Assembly (NCBI RefSeq): GCF_035084215.1
Contig: NC_090331.1
Coordinates: 72,788,001 to 72,852,000, forward strand
Length of the DNA stretch: 64,000 nt
Direction of reading: 5' to 3'
Source: Heptranchias perlo
Taxonomy: Eukaryota
This document shows, in pieces, positions 1 through 12,299 of this stretch; position 1 is the stretch's first letter; each line of letters begins with the position of its first letter. The position numbers were made by a program, and so were the translations under genes. The notes under the pieces were generated by a model. The model saw only the letters and a program-made list of their open reading frames with translations. It did no database searches and was not told where the DNA came from.

Positions 1-1156
1 TGTGCTCTTTTATGCAATGTATAGATTTAGGAAAGAAAAGCATGCTTATACATTTCCTCCATATTTTGCTTTGGAAAGTAAGCAATTACATAATGGAGGA
101 CTGACTGCAGCATTGTCAGAAATTACAATTGGCTGCAATTTATAACTTGAACTGAGAAGAGTAAGTGATTAGAGACAGAAAATCATTACATTTGTAAGTA
201 TTAAAGTTTTTTCTTGGGGACAAAGAATGCAACATTTGGTTTTACCAAATTATAAGGAGTCATCTCAGTTTTGCATAATTAAATAAAAGCCTGGTCAATC
301 ACCTCAGGATCAGACAGACACTTCCTGGGGCAAATTTATATTTAATTTTCACTATGTTACTTCACAGATATTGTTGCTGATGATCCAGCTTTGACACACT
401 TTTCAAAGTATTTGGCTTCAAATAAACCAACATGCCCGGTATCATTAATTATCACATAAATTGTTGTGTAATACATTGTGCATCCACTGAATTTTGTATT
501 TCAAGATATCTACATAAATTCCCTTCAAAAACTTAGTGAAATTAAATTGTTCCAATCTATGGTATTAGTTGCATGTTGCAATGATAATGGAGAAAGGGGA
601 CATTCTAGTCTTGATTCACTGTCCAAATAAAAGGCTAAATAAATGTTTTTTAATAATCGCTGCACAGGGATAATTGCATAATCAATTGACTATTTTACCA
701 CTGTTGGAAACTGGGTTCCAGTTAAAAAGTTCATGAATCAGGCAGGAAATATTTCCATTCAATTCTTCCAAAAGCTATCTCTGCATCTACTAAAAATATA
801 GCTTTTTAGCTAAAATGATTGCTCAGAAAAAAAGTGAGAGATAAAGACCCAATCTAATTCATATTAAGAATTATTGTTAGAATCAGTTCTACCCTCAGTA
901 TCTAGCATTTTGGAATCTGTCCGGAGAAAGAAAGATTATCATGAAGGCAGCACAGATTGGCTGTTCTCAGCAGAGATTTCTAATTGGAACCTAACTATTT
1001 GACGTACAATCCAGTAGAGAATTATATTAAGTCAAGTGATTTTGTTGTTGTGCCATCTGCTCAGAAATAGGCATATTCACTGCCTCTGGGACCTTTGATG
1101 CAAAATTGCTCAGTTAGCTAATTACGAAATTTGCGGGATTTGTTATGGGTTGTCAT

Positions 1157-1425
1157 TAGGGTTGCCAACTCTGGTTGAACGTACTCCTGAAGGTTTCATC
1201 ACATGACCTTCCACCTCCAACCGCCCTTTCCAATCAAACAATCTTTTTTTCCATCTCCAATATTTTTATAACTAATAAATAAAAGTGTTTAAAGAAAATG
1301 AAAAAGAACAGCATTTTTTCTCATGTCCCTATGATCTTTCTCTTGGGTTTCTCGCAGCAGTGTCCAGGAGATTAATCTTCAATTCCTGAACACTGCAAGG
1401 CAATCCTGGAGGGTTGGCAACCCTA
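1157..1425. mobile_element. Non-autonomous DNA transposon (MITE) with terminal inverted repeats
   Basis: TAGGGTTGCCAAC at 1157 and GTTGGCAACCCTA ending at 1425 are reverse complements; AT-rich non-coding interior. Confidence 0.75.
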
Positions 1426-1654
1426 GTTGACGTGCCATGCCAAATCCTAGTTATGAGAGTTGGTGTGCTATTGGTGACTGAGGGAGAAGTGAGACTGGGT
1501 GTTCTGTCACATTAAGAACTATTTACAAAATTGAAAGTAAATATAACATAGTTGAGGTACTTTCTTATCATCAAGGTAATCACTGTGTTTATGTAATCAG
1601 CTGTTCAATCAAAAGTATTTATCAAGTCCAATTACAATGTAAATTATTATCTAG

Positions 1655-1768
1655 CGTTAGATGAAGAGGGGTGTGAGGAGGCTCGTGTGGAGCAAAAACG
1701 CCGGTGTGGACCAGTTGGGCCGAATGGCCTGTTTTTGTGCTGTAGACTCGATGTAATTCTATGTAATC
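1655..1768 (+). mobile_element. CR1-type LINE 3' tail fragment
   Basis: GGAGGCTCGTGTGGAGCA...GGGCCGAATGGCCTG...CTATGTAA; the same tail ends the RT-bearing copy at 12300-13056. Confidence 0.7.
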
Positions 1769-1915
1769 TATCGGATTAGTCACCCAAATACAATTATTGT
1801 TCTATATAATTCCATGAGAATCAGAAAAAATGAATAAGATTATAGTGCAGTGAAGCATATTTTATTCTGCTCAGAAATGTTTCAGTAAAATAATATCAAG
1901 CTTTTCAACAGCAAT

Positions 1916-2191
1916 TTAGAAATCCCTCATTCGCCTGAAAGATCCGATAGTTGCACAAGAGCTGCCCCAGTCACTGAATCTCCTGTATTCACCGGGTCTC
2001 ATGAAGTACTGTCGGCCTCTGTAGTTGGGATGTTCATAGAAGGTCCAGTAACCGTCCATCACATGGCAGGAGTGAATGTCACGGTAGCGGAAACGATCGT
2101 AGACAGATGGACAGTCATCCATGAATTCCATCATCTGTCCTCCAAAGTCAGGCCTCTCATAAATCCTCATTTTGTAGGAATCACCTCTGTA
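1916..2191 (-). CDS. Gene 1 exon 3 (C-terminal Greek-key domain)
   Basis: Open 276-nt exon, AG acceptor at 2192-2193, TAA at 1916-1918. Confidence 0.93.
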   Translation of the reverse strand, partial: YRGDSYKMRIYERPDFGGQMMEFMDDCPSVYDRFRYRDIHSCHVMDGYWTFYEHPNYRGRQYFMRPGEYRRFSDWGSSCATIGSFRRMRDF

Positions 2192-3747
2192 CTATAATAT
2201 AAATAACAATTAACATATTAACATATCATCATGCCAACATGACTGCAGCATATTTAGGAAAACAGATTGCTATAAGGCGGCAGAAGGTTATAACAAAACC
2301 AAGCAATAGATGAAGTTATTAACCATTAAAGCAAATCATAAACAGTCTATTAAAATATTTGGAACCTTTTGATCGGGTTACGCCATTGTAACTCCCTTAC
2401 TGCTTACCCAATGAAACATTTATTGTGACTACCTTGGAAGCTGATTTTAGGCTGACTGAAGATGCTGGATTTTCATAATGACAATAACTGGGAGATACTT
2501 CACCCAAGATTTCAGCGAATTCTCTCAGTAAAGTAACGCTGGTACCAGGTTTTAGATCGTCCTTTTCTCTTTATAATTAAAGGAGCATACCACTAGCACT
2601 TAACAAAGAGGATAACTTGGGGGTAGCCACAGTTTTTGTATTTGTGGGCCGCTTAGATAAATCCTCGTGGGCCAGATATAAGGTTTAAATCATTGTTCCT
2701 GTTAATTTAATTTATATCTCAAGCCACTGATACTAACAGATCATGAAGTTATGACATGGGATTTATCTACCAGGGAGGGAACAGCAGTAAGAATGATCCA
2801 TTGGATACCTCTAGGCTTGCAAAATTCAAACAGGACTAACCAGACAGTAAGAAATGTAAGATAGTTGTTTGGGCTTTGTGGGCCATGCTACCAGGACACA
2901 CAAGGAGCCCACATGCCCGAGGTGGGACACCCTGATTTAACCAGTATACCCGGGGCAAGGCTTTTGCGCTAACACATCATTTCCCCCCATACCAATGAGA
3001 GGAATAAATAAATCAGAACAATTACATTTCAATACTTCCTGTGACTGAGTAACAAACCTGCAACCAGATACTACAATATTAACCATAATTTCAAGAACTT
3101 GTCTTACTATGATTGGTCAGAGTATTATAACATTCTCTATTCTTACACCGTTGATGTAACAGTGTGGTGCAGCAATGATTTAATGCTAGCTTTTAAATTA
3201 AAATGTTAATTCATCTTCAGAGACAGGAATTGACAATAGTCTGTTAGGTAAAAGATTACCCATTGAAAAAATGAGGGAATTAGAATAAACCTGTATTAAA
3301 AAGGCAGCTGGTAACAAAAATCTATTAACGGCCCAACAATATAAATCACACAAGAAAATCATTTACATCATTATCATGACCATAAAACCAAAACTTACAT
3401 ATGGGTAGGTGCGACATGACCTGATATTGTCATCGAATCCCATCCAGCGCTGGTAGTCAGGATATTCTCCCTTGCTCAGAACATACTGGTATCCCATGTA
3501 ATTGGGTTTCTCATACAGCACCCACCAGTCACTGTCAACACGGATGGAGTTACAGCGGCTGAAGAAAGAGTGCAGGTCAGCACAGTCTGTACTGCACTCA
3601 TGGTGCCGACCCTGGAAGTTCCTGTCCTCGTAAAAGATGATCTGAGAAAAAAAAACATAAATTAACCAATAGTTTAAACAGTTTAGAGTTATTATAAAAT
3701 AGTTAATATAATACGCAAAATACAATGGGCAGGCCAACCTTTCCCAT
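1916..3747 (-). CDS. Gamma-crystallin gene 1 (shark gamma-S-1-like); exons 3739-3747, 3399-3641, 1916-2191; 175 aa; alternative first exon at 4201-4209
   Basis: ATG GGA AAG|gt, ag|[20 protein letters not shown]...RTYPY|gtaagt, ag|[27 protein letters not shown]...GSFRRMRDF*. Exons are 9/243/276 nt and in frame; AATAAA at 1861-1866. The upstream region is rearranged (see findings). Confidence 0.85.
3399..3641 (-). CDS. Gene 1 exon 2 (N-terminal Greek-key domain)
   Basis: Open 243-nt exon with canonical AG and GT boundaries. Confidence 0.93.
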
Positions 3748-3758
3748 TTTGACTTCAT

Positions 3759-4064
3759 ACCTCAAGTCACTGATACTAACAGATCATGAAGATCTGATTT
3801 AGGATTTATCTAAAAGGGAGGGAACAGTAGTAAGAACGATCCTTTGGAAACCTATAGGCTTGCAAAATTCAAACAGGACCAGCCAGAGAGTAAGAAATGT
3901 AAGATAGTTGTTTGGGCTTTGTGGGCCATGCTAGCAGGGCACACTGGGCAGAAGGAGCCCCCATGCCCCAGGTGGGACACCCTGGCTTATCCAGTCTACC
4001 CAGGGCAAGGCTTTTGCCCTGCACATCATTTCCCCCCATACCAATAACAGGAATAAATAAATCA
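3759..4064. repeat. Diverged direct copy of a gene 1 intron 2 segment (2718-3014)
   Basis: Colinear match from CTCAAG.CACTGATACTAACAGATCATGAAG to GGAATAAATAAATCA, with many substitutions. Confidence 0.9.
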
Positions 4065-4219
4065 TGGTGCCGACCCTGGAAGTTCCTGTCCTCGTAAAAG
4101 ATGATCTGAGGAAAAAACATAATTTAACCGATAGTTTAAACAGTTTAGAGTTATTATAAAATAGTTAATATAATATGCAAAATACAATGGGCAGGCCAAC
4201 CTTTCCCATTTTGACTTCA
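4062..4219 (-). pseudogene. Duplicated crystallin exon 1 (4201-4209), intron 1 and first ~42 nt of exon 2 (4064-4105)
   Basis: Near-identical to 3598-3757; reads [14 protein letters not shown], then runs into intron-derived sequence and stops at 3869. Confidence 0.88.
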
Positions 4220-4555
4220 CAGTTAGATTGAGCTGACTGGATGTGCTATTGCTTCATACAGCTTGGTATTTATATGCTATACTGAAAGGCCATGGTAGAG
4301 AATAGCTTTGTTAATTTAATGAGAGAACTGTATTTCAGCAAAAAAGGAACAAAGGACATTTCATATACATTGCAGAGAAACACCAGCATTGATACTAACA
4401 AACATGTCATTCATTCTTTTCATTTTGCCTTCATTCACTTTTATTGTTCTGTGACAAAAAGAAAATCAGAGGATGAGATTCCACAGAGCTTTTAAGAGCT
4501 GGTGTCATGCAAAACACACAAAATGTTTAATTTCCTACTTTGCTGAGTCTAATAA
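4220..4555 (-). promoter_or_regulatory. Crystallin promoter: TATA 4267-4274, SOX-like site 4306-4312, half-MARE 4335-4344, MARE-like TGCTGAGTC 4541-4549
   Basis: TATAAATA about 60 nt above the ATG; block is colinear with the promoter at 15380-15715. SOX and Maf control of gamma-crystallin promoters is established in other vertebrates. Confidence 0.7.
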
Positions 4556-5147
4556 AAGTATTTTGACATTTCTGTTGCTCCTTATAACCCTTCTGGTTAA
4601 AAGCCATTGATTTTTTACCAAAGGTTTACCTCCTAATTGCTGATGGATTATGTTTCTGTTAGTATTATTTTCATCATCTCATTCTGCTATAGCTGGGAAT
4701 GTTTTATTCATTTTTTTTCTAATTCAGAAATTGCTTAATTACAGAAAATTATATTTATCTGATCAGCCAAAATCTTTAATTAAAATACGAACATTATCAG
4801 AGAATAAATCAGGGTCTTAAATCTTCATCATTATTAAACTTGATGACAAAAAAAATTAAAATGTATTGACATTTAATTAATTTCAATTAGTTCAATAGAA
4901 TTCTAATTGCATACATAGGTTCAGTTAAGACTTTATATCCATCGTATTATTAATAAAATGGGATTAAAACTATTTCAGAGTTATAGCAAGCAGTGCTTTG
5001 TGATAACTGTTTCCTAAATTCCTATAGCGTAATTTAATCAATATCATTAGGAAGATGTGTCTTACTCAAGAAATTAATTCCCCACATGCTACATAAGTTT
5101 AGAATAGATCTCAGAACTCTACATTTGGGAAGGAAAAACAAGGAATG

Positions 5148-5870
5148 GGAGTACACACTCAATGGAAAGACACTGAAGGATGTGAATGAACAGAGAGAGG
5201 ATTCAAATACATAATTCCCTGAAAGTGCAGGTAGATAAAGCCATGAAACAGCCAATAGAACTTTAGGTTTTATAAATAGGGGCATAGAGTACAAGAATAA
5301 AAGAGCAATGATAAATTTGTACAAAACATTGGTTATGCCATAGTTAGAGTACTATGAGCAGATTTGGGCACCCCATTAAAGGAAGGACATGAAAGCCTCA
5401 GAAAGCATACAGCATAGATTCACCAGGATGATGCCAAGGATGGGAAACAAAAGTTATGAGGAGAACCTTGGAAAACAGACAATTTCCATTGGAGCAGAGA
5501 GAACAAGGAAGAGGTTTAATTGGGGGGTTTAAATTATGAAGGGTTTTGCTATGGTGAACAATGAAAGACTATTCCCTCTGGTTTGGGAGTCAGTGTTGAG
5601 GGGCCATCAATTTAAAATTACCATTAAGAGAGGGAGGTTAGGTGACATTTCTCTACACAAAGGGTTGTTGTAATATGGAGTACTTTTCCACAGGGAATGG
5701 CTGAGGCAGGAATCATTGCATCTTTTAAGGTTAAATATTTGAAGCAGAGGGCTATGGGAAGAGCTTGGGGTAGTAGGATTAGTTTTGGGTTGCTCCAGCA
5801 AAGAGGCGCCACAGACACGATGGGCTAAGCAGCCTCCTTCTGCACTGTAAACCTCTATGGTGCAATGGTT
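5148..5870 (+). mobile_element. Degenerate CR1 LINE 3' fragment
   Basis: Decayed RT C-terminal coding (LGFINRGIEYK; RFTRMMPRM) followed by a CR1 tail. Confidence 0.75.
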
Positions 5871-6679
5871 CTTTACAAGAGTTAAGTCTAATTTTGCTCA
5901 CATGGCATATGTAAATCTGTTTAATGATGGGTGAGGATTGAATGGAGTTTACTTACCAGTTTGCTTTTTTGAAACCTAAAATGATCTCGACTAAGAAATC
6001 CAATCAGAAAATTTTAGAACCTTTCAATTGTTTGCTGATATTATATCCGTATCAAATGATCCTGAGATATTGTTATCCACTATATTGCATTCCTGAATAG
6101 ATATTTGGTTGCTTTCATTTCAAGATTAATCTGGGGTTCCAAATTTTAAAAAGGAAGGAAATTATACAAAAGAACTTAATTTTTTTCCAGAGAGGTACAG
6201 TCTTGGGATAGACCTAAAACATCTCCACATATGCCTTTTATCAATGTCATATATCCCACACATACATATTCTATTTGATCAGACAATGGGTGAGCTATAT
6301 CAAGCTGTAAATTTTAACTGAATTCTTTTTAAATCAGTACGGAAGGAAATTCTCTATCTCTGTGACTAGATTTTAGGAGATCAGTTGTACACGTGACCTT
6401 AATATTTCCAATTTTTAAGTTAAACAATCAAGCAATTATCTTACGGCTTTTTCTGACTCATGAATAATATCTGAATTGCAGTATTAATTAAAATATTCTT
6501 GGTCATTCCTGAATTCCTCAACTAATAGATGAAATGAACAGCCAGTAAATGTATTTTGGATTGACACTAAATCCAATGATTTGCCATCAAATTGCACAGC
6601 ATATTTAATGTTTCTGGTGTGATGCTCCTGGCAATAAATTGAAACAGCTTCACCTCCAAGTTCCCCTTTAGCATGTATC

Positions 6680-6860
6680 AATGTCTCTTCATTGTCGCTG
6701 AGTCAAAATCCTGGAATTCCCTACCTTCCCCCATCATGACACTATTATCAATACAAGGGTTGTAGTGGTTCACAGAGAAGGCCGACCACCACCTTCTCAG
6801 AGCAACTGGGGATGGGCAATAAATGCGGCCTTACCACCGTCATCATCATCCTGAAAACAA
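6680..6860 (+). mobile_element. Decayed 3' end of the Jockey-group LINE family seen at 36421-39530
   Basis: TTCATTGTCGCTGAGTCAAAATCCTGGAA...GGGATGGGCAATAAATGC matches the 3' end of the longer copies. Confidence 0.75.
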
Positions 6861-7787
6861 ATCCAAACAGATTAAGCATCCTCTACTCTCTGGCCTCACT
6901 TGACTTGTATGCATGTCTTCTAGCTATGTGATCATAGTTTAAGTTAAATAACCTGTTTCCATTTATATCATGCTGGTCTTAAAGATCTCAGGATCTTTAA
7001 GACCAGCATCAAAATTCTTCTTAATTTTCCTTTCCTTTCTCGATTGAAAACAATTTGCATTTTGAGAACCAGTTACCTTCAGCCTTGTTCCCACATACAG
7101 ATGAATTAACCAATATTTGACTGGCATAAAAACCTGATTTAAGCTCAAACTTTAAATACTTAGTTACTTATGTAGAGCTCATTGATATATTTATGAAAAG
7201 TGATGAGAGTAAGAGGGACATGCTAGCCTTGCTTTCTGGTGTAAAATCAAAGAAGAAGGAACTCAGGCCATTGTAATAATAAAGGATTCATGGCAGAAGA
7301 TGTTCTTCAGTCATACAAAGCACAAAAAAATTCTATATATCTGCAAAGCTAAAAGGGGACAATTCCACTCAACTATTAAAGGTCATTTCCATATCTTGGG
7401 GGAGACCAACTGTTAGGGAACATCACAATCCAGAACAATAATCAAAATTGCTAAATCACTTGGCATTATCAACAGGCAAATAATATTTAATAAATCTAAA
7501 TTAACAAGGAGGAGTAGAATCCCCACGGATCTCTGTAAGAGAAGCATTATGCAAACTTTCTAAATAATATTGCTAACCTTGTTAGGAAAAGCATTATATA
7601 GGCTTTCCCTGTGAGCAAGGCTTTCTGTTCTCTGTTATTAAGCACCAACAGGCTTTTGCTCACCTTCTGTAGATAATGCACCCTTGAGTAATGGGAATTA
7701 TGTCTCATTCCTATCTCATGTGCATAAGATGGGTAAAGGGAGTTGGCCAGAGTTTAGTAAGAATACAGGATGCTTTGGGATAAACAT

Positions 7788-9485
7788 GGGGCTAGAAATT
7801 CGGCCGTGTAACACCCATTGTTTCGCGCTACGCAGCCTCCCGAAGCTCCAAAATGACGTCTGGGATATGCGCGCATGCTTCTAGCGTTATGTCCGCCGGA
7901 CGCCATGTTGGTAAAGGGTTTCACACACACACAGAAAACGAACGCAGGGTTAGCATGTAAAGTAGGGAGAATATGCGTTAGATCAGTGTGCATTGCTGAT
8001 TTAAAGTGACAGATACTATTTTGGCACTTAACGCTCCACTCAATGCATTGTCTTAACCACCAACACCTGAACATGTCTTAGATGGCCTGGAGGACCCCCC
8101 ACAAGTGCTATTTAAAGGGACCATGCAGGATTTACATGTAAGTTAATGGATTATTGCTTCTGGCTGCTGATGCATTTGTACCTGTTTTTGGAGGTCTCCT
8201 ATACTTGATTACTAGGACGAGGGGAAATAGCCTAAAATTTAGAGCCAGGACTTGCAAGAGTGAAGTTAGGCAACGCTTCTACACACAAAGGGTGGGAGAA
8301 GTTTGGAACATTCTTCTGCAAACGGATGTTGATGTTCACTCAATTGTGAATTTTAAATCTGAGATTGATAGATTTCTGTGAACCAAGGTATTAACGGATA
8401 TGGAGCTAAGGCGGGCATATGGAGTTAGGTCACAGGTCAACAATGATCTCATTGAATGACGGGACAGGTTCGAGGTGCTAAATGCCACTGCCACTTGCTG
8501 CCTCCTGTTATGCGCCACCTTCTCCTGCAAGAAAGCGGGACCTGTGTCGGTGAGTGTCCTGCAGGATGTTTGAATGATGTGCCTGTCATGGTTGAATAGC
8601 TGCCAGTGTTTGTGACCTGTGAGTTGTGGATTTGCGGCTTGCAACAGTGGTAATGTGCGAGGGTAAGAGGAAGCATCTGATTGGAAGAGTTGAGTACTGA
8701 ATGGAAGAGTTTGTTGGTAGGTAGGTGTTGGGGGATGGAGTGCGTGGATGTGGCTAGTGGTGCAGTTGGTAGGAGATGCCCCTTGACAGTTGGCCTTATT
8801 CACCTTGACCACTCGTGTCAAAGCATTGAACTTCTTCCTGCGCTGCATCCATGCTCATGATGCTATGAGCCTGGCATTGAGTGCGTCCCCTACTGCCTCC
8901 CACTGCCTCTTGAGCATATGTCAGAAGCGACTTTTGCCCCCCCTCCCCACAGATATTGGATGCCCCTCCTTCTGTCCACCTCTTGCACCAAGGCTCTAGT
9001 GCATCAGCAGAGAACCTTGGTGCACGCACTCTCGCAGGCCTGGTACAAACTCAGATCGGAAGATTGGTGAGGTCTGGCATGCAGATTAGAGGATGTGGGA
9101 TTTAGTAGTGCGCAACCTTTATTCAATGTTTTAACATAACTCATCAGTTTGTAAACGTCGGGACGGGACCTGCATCTGTGCTTTATGTGTGCAATGTCTG
9201 ATCTCCGTTCAGACTCCATATGGACCTGTATCTTATTTTTTGCAAATAAGAGGTGCAGGCTGCCTTTAAAAGTTGCAGTCTGCCTTTAAGAGGTGCGAGC
9301 AAATTACACGATATTTGGGCCCCCTGGTGAGAAGTGCAAACCTGGTGCAAGGCATGATTGCTGCACTTGAATGAGATAAGTGAGCAGGCAGAACGAATGT
9401 CTCGTGCTGCCTGTATCAGAACCACTGGTTGCAAGTTAATCACGCACCGTGATACCCGGATTCGGGCCCTATTCAATTTAACCTC
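7788..9485 (-). mobile_element. Non-autonomous PIF/Harbinger-type element with a decayed Myb/SANT-like ORF and an internal CR1 tail (copy 1)
   Basis: Imperfect termini GGGGCTAGAAATT / AATTTAACCTC; minus-strand RAPRFSADALE...MQRRKKFNALTRVVK; CR1 3' piece at 8211-8484; colinear with 13516-15284. Confidence 0.75.
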
Positions 9486-10029
9486 TATAGTGTCCTTGAT
9501 AAGTCGGAGACAACTAATCAAAGAGGCCCAATGATGTCAGGTATTCTGTTATCTGGAGTGTCCGGGGTATCTTTGTACACACAGACCCTGAGCAGTTTTG
9601 ATAAGGGGTCGAGTAATGTGAATAACAAATGTTTAAAGAATGAGTCATAGCCTGGAGACAGAGAAAGCTATTGATGGGAGGCCCATATTTGCACACGGTC
9701 CTGTAAAACTAATGTGTTAATAACATATATCAGCTGAGAAGTAAATTGTCCATATTAGAACGTTCTCAGAGCAAGACTGGACCGCTCAACTGTAATTTCA
9801 AGGACCTTCGAGAAGTGCACCTCGGAACCTTGCATAGTGATAACCTTTGCCAGATTGTATCCCAATGTCTTATAATTTTACTTATAATTGTACTCTTGTA
9901 TTTTAATTTTTGTTATTTCTTTTATAACTTATTAATAAAGCGATTATACTTTGGAACGAAACACCTCTTAGTCTTTTTGATTAAAGACCAAACCATTTAA
10001 AAGATCGCTTACAATCTCATTGAAAGTAT

Positions 10030-10261
10030 TTTCCCTCTCTCCCTGGTGTCCTAGCCAATATTTATTCCCCAACCAAAACCTATAAATAGATTATCTGGTC
10101 CATTGTCACATTGCTGTTTGTGGGACCTGTGCACAAATTGGCTGTTGCGTTTCCTACATTACAACAGTAACTACACTTCAATAGTACTTAATTGGTTGTA
10201 AAGTGATTTGGGACGTGCTGAGGTTAAGAAAGGCGCTATATAAATGCAAGTTCTTTCTTTC
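10030..10261 (+). mobile_element. DeuSINE-type SINE 3' half (SacSINE1/AmnSINE-like) with L2-like tail
   Basis: CCTGGTGTCCTAGCCAATATTTAT...TTGCTGTTTGTGGGA...GAAAGGCGCTATATAAATGCAAGTTCTTTC; family recognised from memory. Confidence 0.7.
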
Positions 10262-12299
10262 TTAATATCTAGAGAGATACACTCTGTAGGGAAAGTAGTT
10301 TGCATAGATTGGATAGTCATGTAACATACTTTGGTTCTTCAAAGTGGAAACAAAATTGTAGCTGGTGGCTGGTCTAATATTTCTGTTTGCCAGAGCACTA
10401 ATAAATGGTCCAGTTGTGCTGGCACATGTTAATAATAACTTCCTTGAGCAATTAAAGTGACTGAAGGTCAGTTAATATGAATACTTTCCTGTTGACAATT
10501 TCATGGGTGTGATTTGTTTCTATACTACCAGGTTACTTTCCAGCTAAAGGTATTCATTAGTTCACATCACTGTGTTAAATATTTTACTGTGAATGTAATT
10601 ATTATTCTATGTAACTTTCAGAAAAATCCAAAATCAAAGAAACTAAATTCAATAACAGTATTGTATTACGTTCAAAAACATTTCAGCAAAACAGGGTCAA
10701 GTTGTTCCGAGACAATCTAGAAGTCCCTCATACACCTGAAAGATCCGATAGTTGATCTGTAGCCACCCCAGTCACTGAATCTCCTGTATTCGCCGGGACT
10801 CATGAAGTACTGTCGGCCTCTGTAGTTGGGATGTTCATAGAAGTTCCAGTAACCGTCCATCACATGGCAGAAGTGAATGTCACGGTAGCGGAAACGATCG
10901 TAGACAGATGGACAGTCGTCCATGAATTCCATCATCTGTCCTCCAAAGTCAGGCCTCTCGTAAATCTCATTCTGTAGTTTCCACCTTGGTACTGTAATAT
11001 ATAAATAAAATGTCTGTGATTACCTGGAAACATATACATAATTTTATATTAGCAAATCTCCCATGGCATTACCCACTGTAAATTGGAAGATGCGCCGTTT
11101 TGTAACAATTAGGGTGTTACTAATGAAGTGTGAGGGTGAAATGTGTCACAGGAGTAAGCATAATGTCTACAGGAAGTGCACACTACACTCAAGACCTTTA
11201 ATATAGTAAGATAAATATAGCAAAATATAGCAAAATTTAATCATATGGTTTAGATCAAATTGCAGAAATTGGGTTCTTCGGTCAGCAGGTTCTCAGTTTG
11301 AATTCTAAATTGCTAAATGTCCGTTCACAAATTATCCCCTTGAGCAAGGAACTCAACATGAATCAGCTCCAGTCCTCCCAGTTGCTAAGTAAGTGAGCAC
11401 CAACTGGGAAGTCAACCGAAACCTGCATATGTAGCAATTACACACTCCATATGAAAGCAAGATGGGCACTATCTTTAATATTGGCCTTTGTTTAAGGGGT
11501 GGCTTCAGGAATGTTTGGCTTTGATCATCTGTACAAGTTGAAACAGCTAATGGTAGTGTTTTTACATTCTAAAGATCCAATCAAATAATCAGATCTTTAG
11601 AATTAGCACTTGATTGGCTTCTTTAGATTTGCATACTCAAAAACTGATCTTCCTAAGCTTGCTGCTATCTGCTGATTTTTACCTACATAAAAGTCCAACA
11701 TATAATTTCTTAATACAAGTTCAGGTCTCATTCTTTCATTTTTATTGTGATAGAGAATAAATGCTTGCTGTTCCTAGATTATCTTTGTTTATCTGGTCTG
11801 ATATTGGATCTCATTCTGCTTAAAGGAATGAATTTCATTAGTGTCAACTGAGTCACCTAAGGGGCTGAAGAAGTGTTGCCTGCAGCAATTCCCCACGCAC
11901 TGTTTAAGCATGTTGCTTGGTTTGTCAGTCAATTGCTTGGACTGACGGTGTGCATTGAGATGTCTGTGGGCTGCACAGATTTGACATCCAGAGTAATAAC
12001 ACTGGAGGTGTGCAGAGAAAGTTGGAATGGGAAATAAGAAAAAAAAACAAAAGAAAATTCAATAAGAAAGCCAAAGTATAAACATAAAGGGGATAAGGTT
12101 GCCTTATAAACAGGTTTATGATTTTGCTACAGCTAGCACACAAAGTAAAACTTGCCCAAAGGTTTAAATGTTGTGGGCAGGATAGAATTCTGTCCTTTTA
12201 AACTATTTGCATGACTGGTACTTGGATTTCTATTGCACATCCGGTGATCACACTCAGCTTGGATCAGGCTACAATTTATAGCTTTTCTAATGTAGGAGG

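Noticed and set aside
2718-3014. Match to 3759-4064 as two independent hAT MITE insertions
   Set aside because: Homology continues ~80 bp past the hAT-like end (GGGACACCCTG at ~2933), so flanking intron was copied too.
3363-3758. ORF-track proteins extending beyond crystallin exons (also 13196-13525, 21777-22082, 44423-44794, 53283-53552)
   Set aside because: Read-through into introns; splice sites define the true exons.
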